Below, in pieces: positions 38,109 to 50,900 of a stretch of DNA of 64,000 nucleotides; position 1 is the stretch's first letter; every line of letters starts with the position of its first letter. The notes below the pieces were generated by a model. It was given only the letters and a program-made list of their open reading frames with translations, had not been told where the DNA came from and ran no database searches. The stretch spans positions 103,996 through 167,995 of the forward strand of contig NW_018407841.1 of assembly GCF_002113885.1 (NCBI RefSeq). The letters run 5' to 3'. Source of the stretch: Mizuhopecten yessoensis. Taxonomy: Eukaryota. A program made the position numbers and the translations under genes.

Positions 38109-38713
38109 ATGTGTGCTGACCAGGTAGACGGTGCTATAATGTCAAGACACAGACTTGCAGGAAAGGATAAGCCAGTATGTAATGAAACCGCTGATATCAC
38201 TGACTCAGTCACAGTCAAATTAGACGAATTAAACTCCCTTGTAAGACCGATCTGCAATGTTGGGACAAACACCCAAACCGGATGTGACGACACAAACGAA
38301 TCAAACGACACAGACGGATCAAAACAATGCCTATGCTGCAATTTTTGGGAACTTCCAGTTTTAAGACAAGTTCCTGAGACAGATCACGATCGTGCGTTTA
38401 ATTTGCTGATAGCTGTAGTTTCGCTCTGTCTCTGTCTCGGTGAGGTAGGATCGGAAGTGAAGTTACTCTATGAGTACTATATGTCGGGTGAACACCTGAG
38501 TTTTGGTCTCACCCTAGGCTTTATGCTTACCACTACTGTTATTGTTGGTATTTTCACGCTGTTGTGGACTTTAATAGATATAAGGCAACACAATGGACAT
38601 GCAGAGGAAAATTCGGACGGGAGACAACAGTCTGTCGGGGCAATCGATACTGCGAAATCACTTATAGTGTGTAGAATTATTGCCTCGTTTCTCCAGTTTG
38701 GCCGCGCCTTCCG
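38109..38713 (+). CDS. XK-related protein B2, exon 1
   Basis: Paralog of B1 exon 1, 605 nt, donor gtaagt. Confidence 0.87.
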
Positions 38714-39299
38714 GTAAGTCGGAAACTGCCGTGTTGGATTGCTTACGATACCTCTCTAATCACGATATATAATAATATACAACATTTGATATAGCGCCCT
38801 ATCTAGCTAACATAAGTCACTCTGAATCGCTTTATAGTACATAGATAGACAATTTATATAATTAGCATATATATTAATAAATTCAATGTGTTTTGAGGAA
38901 TTCTCACAGGAGCTGCCTTATCAGACAAATATCTCTCTATGTGTGTATGCCTGCGTGTGTGCTGGAGATGTAATGTGTTCTTTTTGTAGTGGGACCGTGC
39001 ATCAAGGCATCATTTATAGTATCACTTCACTTGAATGCTACATCACAGATATCGTAACATCCACCCCAGACCAATTTAAAACTCCACCTGGGTCGTTGGA
39101 GTTGTGTGGGAAGGAGAAAAACACTTTCTCTGAATATCCATGCTTACGACGACTTCGGGGATCAAACCCCGGCCGCCTGCGTGGAAGGCCGGAGTGTTAA
39201 CCACTCGACCAATCCGCCTCTATATATACAATTCTAATATCAATATCAGTAATTCTATGAAAATATGTTAAAGGTTACTTATACTATCTATTATTTCAG

Positions 39300-39496
39300 T
39301 CTAGCGGAGTACATTTACAACATGTATCAGGCATGGAAATGTAATAGAAAAGATGAGAAACGAATAGAAAAAGCGGAAGTGAAATTACGGGATGCCTCGA
39401 TTTTGGGCCTGTTGGAGGGATACATGGAAACTGCTCTTAAGTTCCAGTTACAATTATACCTGATGTTTGCAACTGATGCTACAACTAAGACAAGAG
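39300..39496 (+). CDS. XK-related protein B2, exon 2
   Basis: 197 nt, GYMETALKFQLQLY, AG/GT boundaries. Confidence 0.87.
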
Positions 39497-39543
39497 GTAT
39501 GTACATGGAATAATAACGAGAAATATAAAGTTAGTAAACACTT

Positions 39544-39624
39544 ACAATCTGATTATAATCATCCGTTAGGCTTCGTTAACTTCGTACTACGGAGCCATGT
39601 AACAGGTGATTCTAATCAGATTGT
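39544..39624. mobile_element. Palindromic MITE with 8-bp TSD in B2 intron 2 (longer copy at 47077-47176 in B3)
   Basis: aaacactt|acaatctgatt...aatcagattgt|aaacactt. Confidence 0.7.
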
Positions 39625-39862
39625 AAACACTTAATTAACCATTTTCTCGATTCAGGAATCCATACAAAATAAATATTTTATTGTATCGTATGACTACGAA
39701 GGGGTAATCTGTTGATATAATACTAAGTGAGTTGTGATTCATTAATTTCTTGAAAATGAATCACAATCCGAATGTTGGTCTTCTAAATTCATTAATAAAG
39801 TATAGGTTTATCAGGAAATTGCTCTTTGTAACACATGTTTTCCTTATTATTTCCATTTTCAG

Positions 39863-40440
39863 ATTTGTTTTTGTTGATCTCCTTGGCATCTATATCGATC
39901 TCGGTGACCTCTTGCTACATGACGCAACGGACATTAAAACACGGGCGGAAATCGGTGACGTTTTGGGCATGGGTGTTGTATCTATTGATGCGACTGTGTG
40001 AACTTGGGCCTCGCTTTGTGTTATTAGTGTTGTGTGTTAAGTTCGTTGGCTGGTGGACGACGCTGATAGGTGTCTTTTTCCATTTCGTGCTAATGTTCGT
40101 GCTCAATTTATGTCACGTGAAGCCGGAGAACAATCAGATGTGTGACCAACGCTGTTTGCTCTTCTTCTACCTTTTCCTCAGCTACGTGGAGATCTACAGC
40201 TTCATCAACATGAACGAGGAAAAATCCAAACATACGTCACTAATCTATTACGTCATATTTTACTTGGAGAATGCTGTGATGATGTCATTAGTGTTAGGTC
40301 TGACGTATAGCGGAATCATGCCATGTATGACTTGGTGTATGTTCTCGTATTCAGCTATCCCAGGTTTTGCGTTACATTTATTCTTCTTGTGTCTCTACTA
40401 TTCCTGTCTCCACTCGACACGCAACAGATCAGACCACTGA
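39863..40440 (+). CDS. XK-related protein B2, exon 3 (total ~459 aa)
   Basis: 578 nt, open frame, XK motifs as in B1. Confidence 0.88.
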
Positions 40441-42094
40441 TTGTCTTACATATTACAGCTGTATTAAATGAAAGAAACGAAGATTGTGTTCATTTAATTT
40501 AATGCCAAAACCCTTTTACATTGGTGTTTTCATAGCAACATAACATTCAAAGTCTGTAGCTAACCTTGACGCATTCTTCGAAAGTATTTAACACACACAC
40601 GACACTGCTATACCATAGTTCTTACTTGTGAAACCTTTACCCCAGATTACAACTGTATCCAATTCGCGACCTCCGACAATGAAGAATAAATATACTGCCC
40701 CCATAGCAAAACTTCAAATTTTTTTCATCTTTTCTACTCTCTCTTTCCTTTCTCCTCTCTTCCCCTTGGTGTCTTAACGATCCCTTAACGACGTGTATTT
40801 CACAAAAATTATATAAGTACTTTTAAGTACTAATTAATTTCACGTAAAAAGAGAAAAGTGTGAATATTATGTACCATGTCACTGCTCAAAATTGTGACAG
40901 TGACTGACGAGGTTCAGGTCAACCTTGGGGACTGAGAAATGCACCAGCAAAGACTACTAGCAGAATAACCGCGTAAACAGTATTGTATCAGACACTTGTT
41001 GATAGACTTTTGACAATGAATATTGACGATTTTAATCACGTCCTATGTTAAACAACGATATAAATATTATGTTAATGTCTACAGTCAATCCATTTCCTGA
41101 TCAAAGAAGATGCGTTCTTGGCGAGTATATAAACTTGTTGCTTTATTTATTGATTATATATCATCGTAAGTAGTACAACAATAGTTCATGTTAACCTTAA
41201 AAAAAACAGCAACAAGGGAAAAATACCGAAGTATCGACAAAATCTAATATCGAACTAATAATCGTTATAACTAGGGCAAAACATTCACAAAAGTAAGGCT
41301 GAATAGAAATTCTTGAAAAACTACCAGGAGATTAAAACAAAGTGTTCAGAAAGGCAAATCGTCCTTTGTTTGATTGATGACGATATTAATCTAAGACATA
41401 TCCAAGTAATGTCACCTCATAACTGGGGTAGTGACAACGGAACATCTTTGGAAACTCTGTGTTATAATTTTGCCACAGACCTTTGTCTATGTAAAAGCTA
41501 TAATGAGTTAGTATTCTACCTGCTTATAAAACATAAGATTCTCTACTCAAGTTCCTATTCCAAACACAGAGCGTTACCAATCTACACTGGAAATAATAAG
41601 TCGCAATCCTGACCTGATTTTTAAACTATGGGATTTGAATAACTATTATGATATAATTAAAGATATGTTGAGTGGATCTGAGATAGATTATGGCTCAAAT
41701 TTCATCTAGATTTGACAGCAGTCATTAGGATCAAGTCAAGATTACGTTTTGTAAATTATACCTGCTACGTGTGTATTTGAACAGATCATAATTGTCACTG
41801 TAATATATCGCAAAACTTAATGTAAACAGCGATCAGAAGTAGGATTTACACGTTTCTTTGTCAACCATGCTTTAATGTTAGTTTATTTTGTATGGTATGG
41901 TCGGTAAGTCTTCATGGAATTGGTTGGAGTCGTTATTATGGGTACCACATGTGGCGCAGGGAACACTTAAATCACCAAGCTGCATAGTGTTTTGGTGTCT
42001 CGACGTCCTAATGTTTGTCTCGCCGCCACGAAGTAGCGGAAGCGAGAATAAGGTGTTGCTTTTCCGACGGCGGAGGCGGCGTCAACATTAAGTT

Positions 42095-42909
42095 CAATTT
42101 CAATTTCAACAGATTTTATTGACTTTATATATGTCAATTGGATTGGACATCAGGCTAGGCCTATTAAAGTCCTTTCCAAACTTATTTGCAAACATTACAT
42201 ATATTCTGTCGTAACAATCTAATTTAGCTTGTGAAATGAACATTTTTCTACTATTATTCAATCATTTTTTGTTTACGTTTTGGATATTACCAATTAAATA
42301 AATCACGTATATTTGTTGACAACCCATCCTACATACATTCTAAGGGATACAGGCCCTGTGTATAAACACATTGGCCATCCATCTACTGGATATATAGGAT
42401 AAGTTACCAAGAAATAAACATTTTGTCAAATTTCAGAATATGATATGGCTCCATAAAGGAAAATATAGTTATTATTATCTATTATTGGAGTTGATTCTCT
42501 TAAAATTTAGTTAACAAAACACTTTAGAATATTCATGTAACTATGAAATAGTTAGAACAGGTTATAGAGTCGTACACTCATAAATTACATCCAGTCAACC
42601 GAATACCAGAGATGTTGTGAAGACAGATGTACAAAATGTATATACACCAGTATCAATACTTATTAGCAGAGTGATGATGACACTATAAATAATAGCATCA
42701 CTTTCAATGTAAAGTTTAGCTGTTAGTGAGATTACATACCAAGTCTATTAGTTTAACAAATATAGTCAGATATACAGATAAAATGGATCAGTGCTGCATA
42801 TTAAGCATCCATTTTTTTTTTTTTTAGATAAAAATGATCATGATTATCAGTTATATCAAATTGAGAGATTTGTATTACTAATTGCATTCTAATGTTAATA
42901 AAGAGTTGG
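42095..42909 (-). mobile_element. Retroposed insertion with LINE-type 3' end, unique to the B2 unit
   Basis: 9-bp TSD cattaagtt. Minus strand ends AATAAA followed by (ttgaaa)n. The site is empty in the B1 and B3 units. Confidence 0.75.
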
Positions 42910-45626
42910 CATTAAGTTATTTGCTCTTAGCTTAGTTTCATTGAAATTAAAAGTGCTAGACCAACCAAACTTGGACCAAAGATGCATCTTAGTTAGTACA
43001 TCTCAACCCATGCATCAAATACTGAATTCGACCTACCTTTCATGTTCCATTGACTTTTCAGCATCTCCATCAACATTTAGTTTTTGCGTTTAAGTTAGTT
43101 TCTCTGATATGTGCATTGATGGTCAAAGCGGGGCACAGGTGATGCATATCAATCAAATGGCTTGTTTGTTTCGACGTTCTTGTCGGGATTGTGTATGATT
43201 GCTTTTGTTTATCTCGCTTTTGTGCAAACTTTCTTTTGAAAAACATTTGGTGTCGTTGTTGTATGCTATTTTCTATTTCAATTTTGTGTAAACATTTCGG
43301 CCGATATTCTTTGTTGTCAATGCTATATGTCATTATTCTTAAGACACCTGTATTGCCGTTATTGTATATTATTTTTGTTCTATTTTTGGCGGTCTTTCAT
43401 TGGAAGATTGTGTGTTGTCGTCGTTATATATATTTTTTACTATTTTACTTTTATACACTTCCTTGTCAATGTTGTGTTGTCGTTTTCGCTGTGTGGCATA
43501 TAAGAGAAATAACATACTTACGTTGAGAATGTGATCGGTATTTGTTATGTAAATATTTATTAACTTTTTCTCGACCTTTCTGGCTACTATGTAACATTGA
43601 CTAGAAGTTTACGAACGGTTGACTGATAACAATTATATGTTTATACTGCGGTTTCTCAGCAACGTTTACCGACGATAAAAACGTAATGAACATGACGTAA
43701 TTGGAATGTTATGCCATATATGGGCATGTCTGACTTGTTCAGCACTGAACATATATTCGTTTGTGATTTTATTTCTTTCATAACACTTATGGTAAATTTA
43801 ACTTTCGTTGCTTTGGTGTCCTAAACAGTTGTGGTATTCACACAATACAATTGATGAGCTCTACGTTTTGAGTATTCTGGTCGTTTCCTCAGTTCTTGTT
43901 TTTGTCTGCTTTTATCAATTTTCATTTTGTATTTTGCCAAGCTTAAACTGAAATACTAATAACAAAACAATTAATTTTCAGCTGGGTAAATATATCTTAA
44001 TGTATATGTATATGTAACGAAACACAATACCATTTTTAATAATATCTTCAGGGTGAACCAGGTTAGCCATAAGATCAGGTCAGGAACACACACCTGACAC
44101 ACCATTTTCCTGGGTATAACATGGATAACGTACACGTTTACGTGGAAATACTCATTCATTCGTAACCTATTGCACCTTATATATATTCAACGACAAACCT
44201 ATATACACCGTCACGCTGCGATAGTCACGGTATATAGGTTTTGTACGTGTGTACGTGTGACAATACAGGAAGATATTTGTAATGATAACACCCTACACTA
44301 AGTACATATTACTGTTACACTGTATTTTCATACATTCGAGCACTTGTCTACCTTGTTATTACTCTTTTGGTCACACAGAACATTACATGCCAATATCTTG
44401 TTTGACCATCATCTAAACATACAGGCTGTTAAAGCAGTTCCAGTAGTATAGATCACAGCAGGTGACTGCAGAACTTGAGGACATCACATGCTAAGACAGG
44501 ACAGAGTAACAAACTGTAAGAATATCTTGCACCAGAATCAGAATCAGAATCTGAAGGCCAGGTTGAATACCATCCCCATGGGGGGGGGGATGGTTTTGAA
44601 AGAACTTTTAAAAGAGGAAGCCAGCTTTGTCAAGAAAAGCAGCAAAGTTTCTCCGAAATAACTGCGAAACACGTGGGTTTTGTACGGTTACTCCGGTTTC
44701 TTCCCACAGTAAGACGTCCGCGCGCTAACATTCGGGCCAACAAGAGTGATAATTAAAAGTTGTAAAAAATGTCAGATACATGGTACAAAAAATAAACGAA
44801 TACGTGTATGTTACATGAAGCTAACAACAGTTAAAAACTAGGACGTGTGACCGAGACACAACCATTATATATTGTCTGACGCATCGAAAATAGCGGCAAT
44901 CTTCACACACAGTTTAGAAATCCGATACTCGGAATTGAATTTTTCTTACGGACTCCCTAAATAGTTCCGCATTGTTAGGTAACCTATATATGTTCAAGCA
45001 CTTTTACAAACATGACAAAACAACATAATCTGGAGCACGACATTCTAGGAAAGGCTTATCTATTTCAATGAAGAGAACCTGTGTAAATAACAAATTTGCA
45101 TATGTCTATTGAGTAATCGTCCGACATACCTAGGTAAACATAAACATGATGATGTAGCGGGTATATTTTAATATATCTTCAAACACATTTTGGAAATCCG
45201 GTTCTCGGAATTGTTGTTCACCTACCCACTCCTTGAATAGTTCTGCATAATTAAGGAACATATAAATGCCCAAGCACTTCATGATTTTTACGGACATTGC
45301 AAAAGTCTTCAAACCACAGCACAAGTCGCATAAACGTAAGAGAATGTTTTTTTTTTTTTTACCTTGTTAAGAATATTTACTACTTTAAGCTTTGTTTTTG
45401 TAACTTTGTTCATTTCTTTTTATCTCATTCATTACAATTTGTATACTGCACATACAATTTTTCAATGTTCCTTTTCAGATACGTTTTTTATAACCTGTAA
45501 TACATATCGTGCTTCAGTCACCAAAGCGTCGAACTTTATAATGAACCTGTATACAATATATATTCACCCACCTGAATAAAATGTAGTTTTATTTCGAAAA
45601 ACAGTTGCAGAAAACCTATCAACAAA

Positions 45627-46210
45627 ATGTGTGCTGACCAAGTAGATGGTGCTATACTGTACAGATACAAACCTGCAGGAAAGGATAAACCAGTACGTGA
45701 CGAAACTTACTCAGCCACAGACCAATTCGACTCACCTGTTAGACCGATCTGCAATGATGGGACAAACAGCCAAACCGGATGTGACGACACAAACGAATCA
45801 AACGACACAAACGGATCAAAACAATGCCTATGCTGCAATTTCTGGGGACTTCCAGTTTTAAGACAAGTTCCTGAGACGGATCACGATCGTGCGTTTGATT
45901 TGCTGGTAGCTGTTGTTTCCCTCTTTCTCTGCCTCGGTGAGGTAGGATCGGAAGTGAAGTTACTCTTGGAGTACTATATGTCGGGTGAACACCTGAGTTT
46001 TGGTCTCACCCTAGGCTCTATGCTTACCACTACTGTTATTGTTGGTATTTTCACACTGTTGTGGACTTTAATAGATATAAGGCAACAAAACGGACCTACA
46101 GTACAAAATTCGGACGGGAGACAACAGTCTGTCGGGGCAATCGATACTGCGAAATCACTTATAGTGTGTAGAATTATTGCCTCGTTTCTCCATTTTGGCC
46201 GCGCCTTCCG
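45627..46210 (+). CDS. XK-related protein B3, exon 1
   Basis: Paralog, 584 nt, donor gtaagt. Confidence 0.87.
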
Positions 46211-46832
46211 GTAAGTTGCGTGTTCTCGGAAACTGCCGTGTTGGATTGCTTACGATACCTCTCTAATCACGATATACAATACTATACAACATTTGATATA
46301 TCGCCCTATCTAGCTAACATAAGCCACTCTGAATCGCTTTACAGTACATATATAGACAATTTATATAATTAGCATATATATTAATAAATACAATTTGTTT
46401 TGAGGAATTCTCACAGGAGCTGCCTTAGTAGGCGCTAACTACTAGTCCTATGCCACCTGGCAAATGACTCCCTATGTGCGTATGCCTGCGTGTGTGCTGG
46501 AGATGTAATGTGTTCTGTTTGTAGTGGGACCGTGCTTTCAACGGCATCATTTATAGTGCCACCTCACTTGAATGCTACAGCACAGATATCGCAACATCCT
46601 ACCCAGACCAATTTATACTCCACCTGGGTTGTTGGAGTTGTGTGGGAAGGAGAAAAACACTTTCTCTGAATATCCATGCGTACGATGACTTCGGGGATCG
46701 AACCCCGGCCGCCGTCTGCGTGGAAGGCCGGAGTGTTAACCACTCGACCAATCCGCCTCTATATATGTAATTCTAATATCAGTAATTATATAAAAATATG
46801 TAAAGGGTTACCTATACTATCTTAAATTTCAG

Positions 46833-47029
46833 CCTAGCTGAGTACATTTACAACATATATCAGGGATGGAAGAGTAAGAGAAAAGATGAGAAACGAATAG
46901 AAAAAGCGGAAGTGGAATTACGGGATGCCTCAATTTTGGGCCTGTTGGAGGGATACATGGAAACTGCCCCAAACTTCCAGTTACAATTGTACCTGATGTT
47001 TGCAACTGATGCTAAAACTAAGACAAGAG
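46833..47029 (+). CDS. XK-related protein B3, exon 2
   Basis: 197 nt, GYMETAPNFQLQLY, AG/GT boundaries. Not in the ORF track because it has no early Met. Confidence 0.87.
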
Positions 47030-47415
47030 GTATGTACATGGAATAATAACAAGAAATACAAAGTCAGTAAACACTTGCAATCTGATTAAAATCATTCGTT
47101 AGGCTTCGTTAACTTCGTACTACGCCTGAACGATGTTCAAGCGGAGCCCTGTAACTGTTGATTTTAATCAGATTGTAAACACTTGATTAATCCGTTTCTC
47201 GATTCAAGAATCCATACAAAGTAAATATTTTATTGTATCTTATGACTACGGAGGGGATAAACTGTTGATGTAATACTAAGTGAGTTGTGATTCATCAATT
47301 TCTTGAAAACGAATCACAACCTGAATGCTGGTCTACTAAATTCATTTGTAAAGTATAGGTTTATCAGGATAATGCTCTTTGTAACACATGTTTTCCTTAT
47401 TATTTCTATTTTCAG

Positions 47416-47990
47416 CTTTGTTTTTGTTGATCTCCTTGGCATCTATATCGATCTCGGTGACATCTTGCTATATGATGCACCGGAAGTTGAAACGGGGGCG
47501 GAAGTCGGTGACGTTTCTTGCATGGGTGGTATATCTAGTGATGCGACAGTGTGAACTTGGGCCCCGTCTTGTCTTATTAGTGTTGTGTTTAAAGTTCGTT
47601 GGCTGGTGGACGCTGATAGGTGTCTTTTGCCATCTCATGCTTATGTTCGTGCTAAATGTATGTCACGTGAAACCGGAGAACAATCAGGTGTGTGACCAAC
47701 GCTGTTTGCACTTCTTCTACCTCTTCCTCAGCTACGTCGAGATCTACAGCTTCATCAACATGAACAAGGAAGAATCCAAACATACGTCACTAATCTATTA
47801 CGTCATATTTTACTTGGAGAACGCTGTGATGATGTCATTAGTGTTAGGTCTGACGTATAGCGGAATCATGCCGTGTATGACTTGGTGTATGTTCTCGTAT
47901 TCAGCTATCCCAGGTTTTGTGTTACACCTACTCTTCCTGTGTCTGTACTATTCCTATCTCCACTCGACACGCAACAGATCAGACCACTGA
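47416..47990 (+). CDS. XK-related protein B3, exon 3 (total ~451 aa)
   Basis: 575 nt, open frame, XK motifs. Confidence 0.88.
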
Positions 47991-50900
47991 TCGTCTTACA
48001 TATTACGTTTGTATTAAAGGAAAGACATCAAGATTGTGTACCTTAAATTTATTGCCAAAATCCTTTTACATTGTTATGTTCGATGTTTTTATAGCAACAT
48101 AATATTCGAAGTCTGTAGCTAACCTACATACACATTCCTTGAAAGTATTTAACACACACACGACTCTGCTATACTATAGTTCAGAACTCATTTCCTACAC
48201 GTTAAACCTTTAACTCAGATTACAGTGTATTCAATTCGTGACCTCCGACAATGAAGAGACAAGAAAATATTTACTGACCCAATTGCAACACCTTAGATTT
48301 TTTTTTATCTTTTCTACTCTATCTTTCCTTTTTGCTCTCTTCCCCTTGGAAGATCTGTCTCCATATGTCCCTTGCTTTTGCGAGGACTTTTAAACCCTGG
48401 TAAATTAGAATACTTTGTACTTAACCTTTGACCTTCATACGTCGAGACGTCAGGCTCCATTGTACTTGCTGGAGTTTATAGGTTATATTAGGTAACTATT
48501 GTACAACGTGCAATAAGTGATTGTTAAAATTAAGTAAATTTGAGATATGAACGCAAAAAACACACACATGTGTGTGCACCTATAAACTTGGAAATAGAAA
48601 CAGTATGTTCCATACAGCTGTTTTATACCTGCTGGGACTTATGGGTAATGCTAGAATCCAAAACGATGGAAATCCAAATTTGTCTTAACTACTGTTGAAA
48701 CAAAAGGGGAGATGAGTAAAATTTCTCAACGATGTTCATTTCACAAAAATTATAAAAGTACTTTTAAGTACTAATTAATTTCACGTAAAAAGAGTTAAGT
48801 GTGTATATTATGTTTCATGTCACTGCTCAAAGTGTGACAGTGACTGACGAGGTTCAGGCCAACATTGGGGACTGAGAAATGCACCAGCAGAGACTACCAG
48901 CAGAATAACCGCGTAAACAGTATTGTATCAGACACTTGTTGATAGACTTTTGACAATAAATATTGACGATTTTAATAACTCACTATATTAAACAAAGATA
49001 TTTAAATTATATAGATTTATAACTTTTATAAGTTTATAGTCAATCCCTGTTCGGAACAAAGAAGATGCGTTTTTGGCGAGTATATAAACTTGTCGCATTA
49101 TTTATTGATCATATATAGTACAACAATATTTCATATTAACCTTAAAAAATAGCATCAGGAAAAAAATACCGAAGTGTCGACAAAATCGAATATCGAACTA
49201 ATAATCGCTAAAACTATAGCTATAAAAAAAAATATACAAAAAGTAAAGCTTAATGGAAATTCTTTAAAAAGGACAAGGAGAATAAAACAAAGTGTTCAGG
49301 AGGCAAAGCGTCCTTTGTTTGATCGATTACGATGTTAATCTAAGACATATCCAAATAATGTCACCTCATACCTAGGGTAGTGACAACGAACCATTTTTGG
49401 AAAACCTTTATTATAATTTTGCCACAAAGCTATGTCTATGTAAAAGCTAGAATGAGTTAGTATTCTACCTGTTTATAAAATATGATTCATTACTCAAGTT
49501 CCTATTCCAAACACTGAGATTTCCAGGATGAATGCGTTCTACATGCTGACTTCACGTTTCGTAACCAGGGTCTTCTATCAGAGCGTTACCAATCTACACT
49601 GGAAATAATTAGTCGCAATCCTGAGCTGATTTTTAAACTATGGGATTTGAATAACTATTATGATATTATTAAAGATATGTTGAGTGGACCTGAGATAGAT
49701 TACGGCATAAATTTCATCTAGATTTGACAGCAGTCATTAGTACTGGTGACATATAAATACTATGTGGTGAGTTTATTTAATCCTCAGTGTCATCTGTGTT
49801 TCCAATTGATCATTAGCTGATCAAGTCCAGATTATGTTTTGTAAATTATACATGATACGTGTGTATTTGAACAGATCATTATTGTCACAGTAATATATCG
49901 CAAAACTTAATGTAAACAGCGATCAGAAGTAGGATTTAGTTCATTTAGTTAAGTNAATATTAGTACATTTTGTATGGTATGGTCGGTAAGTCTTCATGGA
50001 GTTTGTGGGATACTTTATTATGGGTTCCACATGTTGCGCAGGGAACATTTAAATCACTAAGCCACAAAGTGTTTTGGTGGTTCGACTATCTGTGGAATGT
50101 CCTATTTGTTGTCTCGCCGCCACGAAGTAGCGGAAGCGAGACTAAGGTGTTGCTTTTCGGCGGCGTCAACGTTAAGTGTTTTGCGTTTAACTTAGTTTCA
50201 CTAAAAGTATAACTACTAGACCAAGCAAACTTAGACCAAAGATGCATCTTAGTTAGAACATCTCAACCCATGGATCAAATACTGAATGCGGCCTACCTTT
50301 CATGGACCATTGACTTTTCAGTATCTCCATCAACATTAAGTTTTTGCGTTTAAGTTAGTTTCTCTGATATGTGCATTGATGGTCAAATGCTATATATCAT
50401 TATTCTTAAGACACCTGTATTGCCGTTATTGTATATTATTTTTGTTCTATTTTTGGCGGTCTTTCATTGGAAGATTGTGTGTTGTCGTCGTTATATTTTT
50501 TGTTTTCTATTTTACCTTTTCATACACTTCCTTGTCAATGTTGTGTGTTGTCGCTGTTTTCGCTGTATATGAGAAATAACATACTTACGTCGAGAATGTG
50601 ATCGGTATTTGTTATGTAAATATTTATTAACTTTTTTTCTCGACCTTTCTGGCTACTATGTAACATTGACTGGAAGTTTACGAACGGTTGACTGATAACA
50701 TATATGTTTATACTGTGGTTTCTCAGTTACGTTTACAGACGATATAAACTGAATAAACATGACGTAATTGGATTGTTATGCCACATATGGGCATTTCTGA
50801 CTTGTTCAACACAAAAAATATATTGGTTTGTGATTTTTTCCCTTTGATAACACTGATGGTACATTTAACATGCCTGTTGTAGTAGTTGCTTTGGTGGCAT

